Shown here: one piece after another, positions 41,127 to 49,969 of the stretch
Numbering within the stretch: position 1 is the stretch's first letter
How the letters are laid out: each line of letters opens with the position of its first letter
Assembly (NCBI GenBank): GCA_963817525.1
Contig: CAWFOU010000007.1
Span: forward strand, 224,001 to 288,000
Direction: 5' to 3'
Length of the DNA: 64,000 nt
Source of the DNA: an uncultured archaeon
Lineage (GTDB): Archaea > Thermoproteota > Nitrososphaeria > Nitrososphaerales > Gagatemarchaeaceae
The notes under the pieces: model-generated
Database searches by the model: none
Seen by the model: the letters and a program-made list of their open reading frames with translations, nothing else
What the model was told of the DNA's origin: nothing
Made by a program: the position numbers and the translations under genes

Positions 41127-41598
41127 CTAGACCTTGCCGTTGTCCCAAGAGTCCACCTTCTCTGGGACGAACTCGATGAACGCCCTCTTCTCCTTCCTCC
41201 TCTCCTTCACCCAGTCCTCGGGCATCTCGTCGGCCTTCCACTGGCGCTCGGAGTACTTGTCCTCGAAGAGGGCGGTGACCCTGGCTATCAGCCTCTTCTC
41301 GGTGACGAGCCTCGACCTGCCCCACATCACCACGCCCCGAAGCTCGCGATACTTGTCCCCGTCGTCTATCACGACGCAGGCCTTCCCCCTGGCCGCCAGC
41401 CCGACCTTGACCTTGTAGTCCTGGGCGCGCATGTAGACCTTCTTTCCGACGACGACGAACCAGATCGGGGTGACGTGGGGGTACCCGTCCTCCATCGCGA
41501 ATCCCAGGTACACCCTCCTCTGCGACTCTAGGAACCTCCCACACCTCCTCGCGGGACATGGCGACATACTGCCTGTTCGCCCGCCTGTAGAGAGCCAA
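41127..41598 (-). CDS. pyridoxamine 5'-phosphate oxidase-like (F420-type) protein, frameshift near 41538
   Basis: DGYPHVTPIWF, YRELRGV, SWDN. Confidence 0.8.
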
Positions 41599-41743
41599 GT
41601 CTGGCGCGGCCCGCTCCTGTTGCTGAGATAAGGCTTGCTGGGGTCTCGTCCCTGCCTTGCGACCAAAATGGTCTCAACTCTCGCCGATGAGAGGGGTCGA
41701 AAGGATCTCAACCTCTAAATATTCTCCGGGACGTTGGCACCTC

Positions 41744-42172
41744 ATGAAACACATACTCGTCGCGGTCGATGAGCACCCCCACGCCGAGCAGATAGTGGGA
41801 TGCGCCATCGAGATGGCGCAAGAGATGGCCGCCAAGATTCTCCTGATCTACGTCGTGGAAAGAGCCCCCGTCCCCGAAAAGTTTCGCGACGAGCACGGGG
41901 ACGCGCTGCCGGAGCATTTCTACGAGGACGAATTTGCGAGGACGGTCGGCCGGTGGATCACGGTGATAAAGAAGGCGGGAGTATCATGTCAGGGGGTTCC
42001 CGCCCATGGAGACCCCATCAAGGAAATCCTCACGGCCGCGAAATCGAGGAAGGCGGACTACATAATGATGGGGGCTCGCGAACTGCGAGGCCTACGGCGC
42101 CTGAGGGCCATCAGCAGCGTGTCGAGGAACGTGATAGAGAAGGCGACCATCCCCGTGATAGCCGTGCCGTAG
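41744..42172 (+). CDS. universal stress protein, copy 1
   Basis: ILVAVD, GDP..EI, IMMGAR, SSVSRNV, IPVIAVP. Confidence 0.9.
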   Translation: MKHILVAVDEHPHAEQIVGCAIEMAQEMAAKILLIYVVERAPVPEKFRDEHGDALPEHFYEDEFARTVGRWITVIKKAGVSCQGVPAHGDPIKEILTAAKSRKADYIMMGARELRGLRRLRAISSVSRNVIEKATIPVIAVP

Positions 42173-42413
42173 AGCTCCGGCTCCGCCCCTTCCTCCACGG
42201 TCCCAGGGGGAGGGCTCACGCCCCTCTCCATCCAGACCATGAAGTCCTCGTGCTCGACATTACCATTTGCAGGTCTGCGGAGCTTCTCCCCGCGCGCAGA
42301 GCAACTTGACACGCCTGAGATGTCTTGGAGAGGTACAAAATCGCCCATGCGCCGAAGAGTTTCCAGAGCCAATCGTCCTAAGCTCTATATATTCGGACGG
42401 GGCGAACGCCACC

Positions 42414-42839
42414 ATGAAGCAGATACTCGTCGCGGTCGATGAGCACCCCCACGCCGAGCAGATAGTCGACAGCGCGATCGAGCTCGCCAAGAGCATGTCC
42501 GCCAGGATCCTGCTGATGTACGTCGTCGAGGGGTCGGTCCCGGAAAACTACCGGGACGAGCACGGGGACGCCCTCCCCGAGCACTACTACCGGGACGAGT
42601 TCGAGAGGTCTGTCGGTCCGCTGGTGAAGATGATCGAGAAGTCAGGGCTGAGGTGCGAGGAGATACCCGGCTCAGGCGACCCCGTGAAGGAGATCCTCAA
42701 GACGGCGAAGTCGAGGAACGTGAGCTACATCGTCATGGGTACCCGCGAACTCAGAGGTCTGGGCCGGCTCAGGGCGATAGGCAGCGTGTCCAGGAACGTC
42801 ATAGAGAAGTCGAGCGTCCCTGTGGTCGCCGTGCCCTAG
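42414..42839 (+). CDS. universal stress protein, copy 2
   Basis: Close paralog of 41744..42172. Confidence 0.9.
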   Translation: MKQILVAVDEHPHAEQIVDSAIELAKSMSARILLMYVVEGSVPENYRDEHGDALPEHYYRDEFERSVGPLVKMIEKSGLRCEEIPGSGDPVKEILKTAKSRNVSYIVMGTRELRGLGRLRAIGSVSRNVIEKSSVPVVAVP

Positions 42840-42853
42840 GGCGCCTCAGGAAC

Positions 42854-43633
42854 CTACCTCCCCACGAAGTTGGGCTTCCTCTTCTCCAGGAAGGCGCTCA
42901 TCCCCTCCTTCTTGTCCTCCGTCGCGAAGAGCGCGTAGAAGAGGGAGCGCTCGCGCTCCAGGCCGGACGAGAGGCCACCCTCCTGCGAGGCGGAGACCGC
43001 GGCCTTCGCAGATCGCACGGCCAGCGGGGCCTTCGAGGCTATCTCCGTCGCGAGCTTGCTGGCCTCCTCCAGGTACTTGCCCGGCGGCACGACGCGGTTG
43101 ACGAGGCCCAGCGCCCTGGCCTCCTCCGCCGATATCATCCCCCCCGTGAGTATCATCTCCATCGCCTTGTACCGACCCACCGCCCTCGCCAGGCGCTGCG
43201 TCCCTCCTCCGCCGGGGATGATCCCGATGTTGATCTCGGGCTGACCCAGCCTCGTCCCTTCGGAGGCGACGATGATGTCGCAGCACATCGCGAGCTCGAG
43301 ACCCCCGCCGAGCGCGTAGCCGCTGATGGCCGCGATCAGGGGCTTGGAGAACCTCACCGCGCGCTCCCAGACGGGCCGGAGGTGGTCGGAGCTCGCGATC
43401 TCCGCCGCCGAGAGCTTGACCATCTCCTTGACGTCAGCCCCGGCGCAGAACGCCTTGTCGCTCCCCGTCAGGACGACGCACCGCACGGACTCGTCCGCCT
43501 CCAGCGCGTCGAGAGCCGAGACCAGCTCCCTTACGAGCACGGAGTTCAGGGCGTTGAGCGCGTCCGGCCTGTTGAGCTTGACGGTTGCGACAGGTCCTTC
43601 GGCGTGAAGGGAGATCGTCTGGTAGTTCTCCAT
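42854..43633 (-). CDS. enoyl-CoA hydratase
   Basis: NRPDALNAL, FCAGADVKE, GGGLELA, GQPEI..G..PG.GGTQRL. Confidence 0.95.
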   Translation of the reverse strand: MENYQTISLHAEGPVATVKLNRPDALNALNSVLVRELVSALDALEADESVRCVVLTGSDKAFCAGADVKEMVKLSAAEIASSDHLRPVWERAVRFSKPLIAAISGYALGGGLELAMCCDIIVASEGTRLGQPEINIGIIPGGGGTQRLARAVGRYKAMEMILTGGMISAEEARALGLVNRVVPPGKYLEEASKLATEIASKAPLAVRSAKAAVSASQEGGLSSGLERERSLFYALFATEDKKEGMSAFLEKRKPNFVGR

Positions 43634-43688
43634 GCCAGGCGCTGCAGACCGAGAACGTAAAAAAGCCTAGCTCCGGGTTGAAGCGCGC

Positions 43689-44093
43689 ATGCCGGTCGAG
43701 CACACGGTGAAGCTTCGCGTCAGGTTCGCGGAGACGGACGCGATGCAGGTGGTCTACTACGCCGAGTACTTCGTCTGGTTCGAGGTAGCGAGGACGGAGC
43801 TCTTCCGGTCCATAGGGATGCCGTACAGCGTCATATCCAGGAAGAGGGGGTTCCACACCCCGGTCGTCCAGGCCCACGCGGACTACAAGTCCTCGGCAAG
43901 GTACGACGACGAGGTCGCAGTGAGGGTGTGGGCGAGCAAGGTGGGGAAGTCTAGCGTGAGGCTCGACTATGAGGTGACCAAGCTCCCCGAGAAGGAGCTG
44001 CTGTGCACCGGGCACACGGTGCACGTCCTCATCGGCGAGGACGGCAGGCCAAAGGAGATCCCTGCGGACATGCGAAAGAAGATCTCGCGCTAG
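43689..44093 (+). CDS. acyl-CoA thioesterase (YbgC/4HBT family)
   Basis: RVRFAETDAMQVVYY..Y..WFEVAR. Confidence 0.92.
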   Translation: MPVEHTVKLRVRFAETDAMQVVYYAEYFVWFEVARTELFRSIGMPYSVISRKRGFHTPVVQAHADYKSSARYDDEVAVRVWASKVGKSSVRLDYEVTKLPEKELLCTGHTVHVLIGEDGRPKEIPADMRKKISR

Positions 44094-44464
44094 GCGAGCT
44101 TTATCGCGATGACCGCAACCTGATGCCTTCCCCTCACCGAGTTGAAGGAATCGACCAGCGCCCCCATCATGCCGTACTTCTTCTTGATGAGTCTGATCGC
44201 CTGCTCCGCCACATCGCCTTCGACGAAATGGGCCTCTCCGTCGGACCACGCGCCCGTCACCTTGCCCCTCATGTCGGACGGGGCTACACGGACTCGCGGA
44301 TTCCTCCGAATCCGCTTGGCTTTCCAACTCGTCGGGTCGGTGCGCACGTAGATCACGCCGCGGTCCTCCACCAGCCAGACCGGGCTCCGGACAGCATCTC
44401 CATTCTTCCTGTAGCTCTCCAGGCTGATGACCCTCTCCCTGGCGATGTCCTTCGCCGAATCCAT
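44090..44464 (-). CDS. PPOX-class F420-dependent oxidoreductase
   Basis: SLESYRKNG...PVW, K.KRIRRNPRV.VAP, KKYG. Confidence 0.88.
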   Translation of the reverse strand: MDSAKDIARERVISLESYRKNGDAVRSPVWLVEDRGVIYVRTDPTSWKAKRIRRNPRVRVAPSDMRGKVTGAWSDGEAHFVEGDVAEQAIRLIKKKYGMMGALVDSFNSVRGRHQVAVIAIKLA

Positions 44465-44500
44465 CGGGTTCCGATGAGCGATGAGCGTTATAGGCTTTCG

Positions 44501-45399
44501 CTACTTTCCCGACGCGCTCTTGCTCGAGGACGGGGAGGCCCAGTCGTAGAACCCTTTCCCGGACTTTCTTCCTAGAAGCCCAGCCCTGACCATCTGCTTG
44601 ACGAGGGGGCTTGGACGATATTTGGAGTCCTCGAACTCCTGCATGAACACCTCAGAGATCCCAAGGCCGTGTCGAGGCCGACGAAGTCGAGGAGCTTCGA
44701 GGGCCCCATCGGCCAGTTGAGACCCATGGTCACGGCCTTGTCGATGTCCTCCGGGTCCGCCACCCCCTCGCTCACGAGGAGAGAGGCCTCGGTGAGGGCG
44801 GGGAGGAGTATCCTGTTGACTATGAAGCCTGGCGAGTCCTTCTTGCAGAGGACGGTCTCCTTTCCCATCTGCTTCGCGGCGACCCTGATCGACTCTACGG
44901 TGGAGTCGGAGGTCTTGGCGCCTCGGATGACCTCGACGAGCGGCATGAGCTGCGGGGGGTTGAAGAAGTGCATCCCAGCGACGTTCTCGGGGTTCTTGGT
45001 CGCGGAGGCGAGGAGCGTGATGCTGATCGAGGAGGTGTTAGAGGCGAGTATCGCGCCCGCGGGGAGGTGCTCGGAGATCTTCCGATAGAGGTCGAGTTTG
45101 AGCTTCGGGTCCTCCGATGCCGCCTCGATGACCAGCTGCGACTTTTCGACGGCGGCCTTGAGGTCAAGAGCCGGGTGGATCCTGGCGAGGATGTCGTCGG
45201 ATTTCTTCTTGTCCATGCCACCCTTCGCGACGAACTTCGCGAGGCTGTCCCTGATCATGGACATCCCCCTGTCTACGAACTCCTGCTTGACGTCGAGCAG
45301 GGTGACGTCGTACCCGGCGGTCTGGGCGCACACCTGCGCTATGCCGTGCCCCATCAAGCCCGCGCCGATCACGGTCACCCTCTTGATTTCGGGAGCCAT
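44501..45399 (-). CDS. 3-hydroxyacyl/butyryl-CoA dehydrogenase, frameshift near 44661
   Basis: [30 protein letters not shown]; tail GRKSGKGFY in the shifted frame. Confidence 0.93.
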
Positions 45400-45483
45400 G
45401 GTGCCACGCTCCAGGGAGCCGGTAATAATGGTTGGGAAATACCGGTGAACACATAAAAGCCAATTCGAGCTTGCCAGAGTTGC

Positions 45484-45600
45484 GCGGGGGTAGCAGAGTG
45501 GTCCGTCTAACAGACCCACAATAATGCGCGGGCCTTGAGTCTCACCAGAGACAGCCTGTGACCCATCCGGGTCTCGTGGGTTCGAATCCTACCCCCCGCG
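45484..45600 (+). tRNA. tRNA-Ser(UGA) with two introns (45504-45521 in the D-loop; 45540-45552 at 37/38)
   Basis: Acceptor GCGGGGG/CCCCCGC with G73; T arm GTGGG-TTCGAAT-CCTAC; variable stem GACCC/GGGTC; anticodon stem CGGGC/GCCTG; loop CT-TGA-G^A; ATAAAA about 30 bp upstream. Confidence 0.88.
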
Positions 45601-45606
45601 CTCAAG

Positions 45607-46398
45607 TCAATATCTACCGAGAGCTGTAGGCCTTAGTGCCGCCTGTAGCCGTTCTTGTTTCCTCTTTATGGCGAAACCCACTAGTCGATTGAACTCCGAC
45701 AAAGATGTCGTCCTTACGTAAACTTCGTAACAATCGCGCCGTCTCAGGTAAGTCCTCCCTCTGTTTGAGATTTCCGAGCCTGCTTCTTTTTGGAGGTGCG
45801 GGCCCGTTGTTCCAATTCCCAGGGACGACAAGAGTCGGCGCACATATCTCAGCAAAGGGAGATTGGAATTCCAGCATGTGAGCTTTCTCCCCGTGATGCT
45901 TCCTTCGGAGTCGAAGAAACCTCTTAGGAATCTTCCCATGCAGTCGGGACAATGTTTGATGAATAGTTTGAATCTCTTCCAATCTCTATTTAGAAACTCG
46001 TAAAGGAGTACGCTCCTCGCTTCGATGGAAAAATCCCCTCGCCTCTTGTCAAACCATGGCGTGTGCGTCCTAGTCCCGAGTATCTTTGACAAGCAGCGAT
46101 CAAACTCCATGACGAAGTCCAAGTCTATTGCCGATAGCCGTATCCTTCGATTGTAGCCCTTCCTTGTTATTGAGCCGTCCCCTAGCTCGACTCCAATCAC
46201 GTAGGCAAGCTCTGGGCTAGGCTCTGGAGAGAAGTAGTTCGCACTTCCAAGAGGGCTGTGGATCTCTCTGAGCCATTCCGAGATTTGTCCTTTGGATGTT
46301 TTGAAGCCAGTCTCCCGCAGCAGGGTCTCGGCTATCTTGTTGTAGCTCATTCCGTCGGCTCTCAGTTCTTTGGCCCGCTCATTCGCACGGACTCTCAT
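45607..46398 (-). mobile_element. free-standing LAGLIDADG homing endonuclease gene (N-terminal HTH plus two motifs)
   Basis: GMSYNKIAE HTH; LAYVIGVELGDGS and FLRGFFDSEGS; visibly lower GC than the flanks. Confidence 0.88.
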
Positions 46399-46535
46399 TG
46401 CTAGAGGATGGTAGGACCTCGGCTCAGGGCACTTACTCGGAGTTCGCACTCAACACGAGTGCTAGTCCGTATTTAACGGCCACTCTCCCGCGGCGAAGTC
46501 AGATAAACCCCGGAGACCCTGAGAGTTGTCTACCA

Positions 46536-47687
46536 TTGAAGTTCCTGGTCATAGGAGGGGGGATAAGCGGGCTCTTTCTGTCGTACTACCTCCTCGAGGC
46601 GGGGGACGAGGTCGTCGTCGCGGACGCCCCCAAGGGGCCCGTCAGGACCTCCGCCTACAACGCGGGCCAGCTCTCGACCCGCCCCTCGTTCACGGACATC
46701 TACGCCCCCTCCGAGATAGTGCGCATCTCCGCGCGCGAAAGGCGGCTCAACCGCGGGTGGTTCGCGCTCGCGCGCAAGCAGAACCGCGAGAGATATGAGG
46801 AAATTGCGTCCGCCCTCGCGGAGCGGAGCCTCGCGCTATACGGCAAGTTCTTCGCGAAGGAGAGGGCCAAGGTCGACCTGACGGCAGAGGTGCTGGAGCT
46901 GCACTCGAAGCTGCGGAGCGAAAGCAGCCCCGAGCCCGGGGCGCGCTTCCTGGGCCCGAGCGAGCTCGCGGACGTGGGATACAAGGGCTTCGAGGGAGGA
47001 TGGCTCATTGAGGAAAAGTCCCTCCATTCAAGGAAGCTGCTCGACCACCTGACGTCGAGGATAGCCGAGATGGGGGGCAGGGCAGTCGAGGGCGACGTGC
47101 GCCTAAAGAGGAGTGGATCGCGCATCGCGCGGGCCGTCATCGAGGGCGAGGGATTGGTGGCCGACGCCTACGTCGTGGCGGCTGGCTCGTGGAGCCGGGA
47201 GGTCTGCGCGCCCCTCCGATACGACCCGATGGTCATCCCGGCGAGAGGCCTGGTCCTGTTCTACCGGACATGGGGGGAGAGAGCGGTGGACTATCCGGCG
47301 CACTACGAGGACGAGGGGGTGACCGTGACGCAGCACGATAGAGACACCGTCCGCTTCACCAGCTTCTTCGAGCTCGTCGGCTTCAACCCGCGATTCGGCC
47401 GGGCCAGGACTGACTGGCTCTTCGAGACCGTGACCTCGCATTTTTCCAGGCAGACGAAGCTCGAGTCCAACGAGGTCGGGGTGGGCTACCGCCCTTCGAC
47501 CCCCGACCAGCTCCCGGTGATGGGGCGGATCCCCCGCTGTGAGAACGGGTACATCCTTACTGGTTCGACGAGGAAGGGGATGGCCCTCGCTCCGGTCCTG
47601 AGCCAGCTGTTAATGGGCATCATGCTCGAGTCGGGCAAGAAGGACGACCCCCTTCTCCGGGCCATGGACCCCGCGAGGTTCGCGTGA
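46536..47687 (+). CDS. FAD-dependent oxidoreductase (D-amino acid dehydrogenase-like)
   Basis: VIGGGISG, TSAYNAG, VVAAGSWS, GYRPSTPD.LP. Confidence 0.85.
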   Translation: MKFLVIGGGISGLFLSYYLLEAGDEVVVADAPKGPVRTSAYNAGQLSTRPSFTDIYAPSEIVRISARERRLNRGWFALARKQNRERYEEIASALAERSLALYGKFFAKERAKVDLTAEVLELHSKLRSESSPEPGARFLGPSELADVGYKGFEGGWLIEEKSLHSRKLLDHLTSRIAEMGGRAVEGDVRLKRSGSRIARAVIEGEGLVADAYVVAAGSWSREVCAPLRYDPMVIPARGLVLFYRTWGERAVDYPAHYEDEGVTVTQHDRDTVRFTSFFELVGFNPRFGRARTDWLFETVTSHFSRQTKLESNEVGVGYRPSTPDQLPVMGRIPRCENGYILTGSTRKGMALAPVLSQLLMGIMLESGKKDDPLLRAMDPARFA

Positions 47688-47738
47688 GGCCGCCCTACGT
47701 GCCAAAGTTTTAAGCAGCTGCGAAAAGCGGCCCTCGTC

Positions 47739-48122
47739 ATGGCCGGCGCCGACGATTTCATCGCCCTGATAGAGAGCATGGGGAGGCGGGTCTTCGTGAC
47801 CGACGACCTAGTCGACCTCCGACAGCTCGACCAGCCCAACGAGATCTACGTCCTCCAGATGCTGAGCGTCTCCACGGCCGCGGGAGGGAGGGGCGGCGGC
47901 ATGGGCGACAGGAAGGTCGTCAAGGTCTACCACTTCTCGTGCGGCCACGGGGAGTGCAAGAAGGTGGGCGAGGTCGAGGACGAGGGGAAGATCGAGAGCC
48001 TCGACCTGCCATACCACGCGACTGCGTTTCCCATCCTCCTGCCCGATGGGCGGGAGAAGCTGGTCTCCGGGGTCACCGACAAGTCTCTCACGGCCTCGTA
48101 CCTGGCCGCGCTGGGCGTATAG
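47739..48122 (+). CDS. hypothetical protein
   Basis: Coding-like ORF with TTTAA upstream. Confidence 0.7.
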   Translation: MAGADDFIALIESMGRRVFVTDDLVDLRQLDQPNEIYVLQMLSVSTAAGGRGGGMGDRKVVKVYHFSCGHGECKKVGEVEDEGKIESLDLPYHATAFPILLPDGREKLVSGVTDKSLTASYLAALGV

Positions 48123-48164
48123 TTTCACAACCTAAATAACGTCAGAAGGAGGACCCGTTTCTCC

Positions 48165-49061
48165 TTGAAAGTCCTAGTCACAGGCTCCCAAGGCTTCGTC
48201 GGCAGGCACGTCATGAGCTACCTCGCGGGCCACGGCTTCGAGCCGATAGGCACCGACGTCACGGCGGGGGCGGACGTGGTCGGGAGCATGGTAGACGCCT
48301 CGTTCGTCAACGACAAGCTTGCGCGCCTCGACTTCGAGGCGATCGTCCACCTCGCGGGGATCGCCGACCTCAAGAAGACCATGGAGGACCCATATTCTTG
48401 CTTCCAGGTCAATTGCTTGGGGACGCTCAACGCGCTCGAGCTGGCGGTCAAGAAGAAGGTGAAGCGATTCCACTACGCCTCAAGCGCGAATGTCTACGGG
48501 GCGCCCAGGAAGAACCCGGTCACCGAGGACTTCCCGATGGACCCTCGTGTCCCTTACGACTACTCGAAGGTCGTCGGGGAGAACCTGGCCATGAGCTACT
48601 TCAAGACCAAGGGAGTACCCGTCGCAATGACCAGGGCGTGGCTCCTCTTCGGTGAGTACGACCATCCCTCGAGGGCCCTTCCGATCTTCATCAGAAAGTG
48701 CCTGAAAGACGAGCCCATCGGGCTGTTCAACTCTGGGAGGGACGTGACCGCGCCCTCACACTCGGCGAACTTTGCCAAGCTGATCGCCAAGCTCTTGGAG
48801 AAGGACGCAGCCGTCGGGCAGGCCTTCAACTTTGGGGGAGCGGAGACCGTCTCGATAAAGGACCTGGCCGAGAGGGTGAAGCGGCTGACCAACTCAAAGT
48901 CCGAACTCCAGATGCTCCCGCCGAGATCCCAGGCGGAGGCCGAGCCCCAGGTGAGCTATCCCTCGACGGAGAAGATGAGAAGGCTGCTCGGCTACGAGTA
49001 CGAGCTCAGCCTCGACGACGGGATAAAGCGCACGATCGACTGGATAAGGAAGAGTGGCTGA
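48165..49061 (+). CDS. NAD-dependent epimerase/dehydratase
   Basis: VTGSQGFVG, HLAG, SSANVYG, YDYSK. Confidence 0.92.
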   Translation: MKVLVTGSQGFVGRHVMSYLAGHGFEPIGTDVTAGADVVGSMVDASFVNDKLARLDFEAIVHLAGIADLKKTMEDPYSCFQVNCLGTLNALELAVKKKVKRFHYASSANVYGAPRKNPVTEDFPMDPRVPYDYSKVVGENLAMSYFKTKGVPVAMTRAWLLFGEYDHPSRALPIFIRKCLKDEPIGLFNSGRDVTAPSHSANFAKLIAKLLEKDAAVGQAFNFGGAETVSIKDLAERVKRLTNSKSELQMLPPRSQAEAEPQVSYPSTEKMRRLLGYEYELSLDDGIKRTIDWIRKSG

Positions 49062-49068
49062 CCGGCGT

Positions 49069-49380
49069 CTAGCTGGTAAGGGTCAGCTCGATCTTGACGT
49101 CTTCGGGGATCCTGAGCTTCGTAATCTGCTTCATGGTCCTGTCGTCAGGCTCGATGTCGAGGATCCTGCGGTGGATCCTCAGCTGCCAGTGGTCGAACGT
49201 GTGAGTCCCCTCACCGGTCGGGGCCTTCCTCGTGGTGATCTTCAGCTTTTTCGTGGGGAGCGGCTGGGGGCCCTTGCTCTTCACCCCGGTCTTCTCCGTG
49301 ATCTCCTTGATCTCGCGTGCAAGGTTCTCAAGCTCGTCGAGGTTTGAGCTCGTCAACTTGATCCTCGCGTACTGCGTCAT
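49069..49380 (-). CDS. rpsJ: 30S ribosomal protein S10 (uS10), archaeal type
   Basis: ARIKLTS...GPQPLPTKKL..TTRKAPTGEGT.TFDHWQLRIHRR. Confidence 0.97.
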   Translation of the reverse strand: MTQYARIKLTSSNLDELENLAREIKEITEKTGVKSKGPQPLPTKKLKITTRKAPTGEGTHTFDHWQLRIHRRILDIEPDDRTMKQITKLRIPEDVKIELTLTS

Positions 49381-49486
49381 TGCCCTTCTTTTGACGCCGA
49401 TTGGGATTGGATATTTAGATGTTTGGACGCATCGTTGCGCAACCGAGAAATAGCGACCACCCCATTGAGAGGGCCCGCGAACAGGT

Positions 49487-49969
49487 TTGAGCATAGATTC
49501 GAAAGCGGCCGAGGAGGTCGTCGCGAAGCTGAAGCTGGACGTCAAGGCGCTCACCCTCCTATATGAGTCCGACGCCGACCTCCGCCCGGTGATAGAGCGG
49601 TCACTCCTAGAGTCCCAGGACGGATACATCGCTAGGTTTGTCAGCCTCCTCCAGTCCAGGAGGCCGCCCCGAGACGGCGGGAACCTCCCGATGGCCGTGG
49701 GAGAAATAATCCTCGCGTCCTTCCTCACCATCCTCGGCCTGGCCGCGTTCGTCCCCGCGATGGCGGGGCTCAGCACGCCCCAGCAGTGGCTGAGCTACTT
49801 CTCGAGCGTCGCGGGGCCTACCTTCGCAGCGCAGCCGTTCTACTCAGGGGTACCCGCCCTCGACTTCCTCTTCTCGGCGTTGCTGCTCCTGGGCGCGTTC
49901 TACAGCCTGCGGCGGGCCGGGAAGAACCTCAAGAACGCCGGCGTGGCTCTTGAGCCGGGTCGAAGTTAG
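49487..49969 (+). CDS. membrane hypothetical protein
   Basis: 2 TMs; coupled to the downstream permease. Confidence 0.6.
   Translation: MSIDSKAAEEVVAKLKLDVKALTLLYESDADLRPVIERSLLESQDGYIARFVSLLQSRRPPRDGGNLPMAVGEIILASFLTILGLAAFVPAMAGLSTPQQWLSYFSSVAGPTFAAQPFYSGVPALDFLFSALLLLGAFYSLRRAGKNLKNAGVALEPGRS

Noticed and set aside
45534-45553. tRNA-Sec, opal suppressor or tRNA-Leu(GAG) reading
   Set aside because: TGA is the anticodon itself (it reads UCA, Ser). The TCA lies inside the intron. The 7-bp acceptor, G73 and stem register fit Ser.
46400-46452. Degenerate tRNA remnant (TGGTAGG, GAGTTCG) as the far boundary of the endonuclease element
   Set aside because: No cloverleaf and no identity to the tRNA-Ser sequence.
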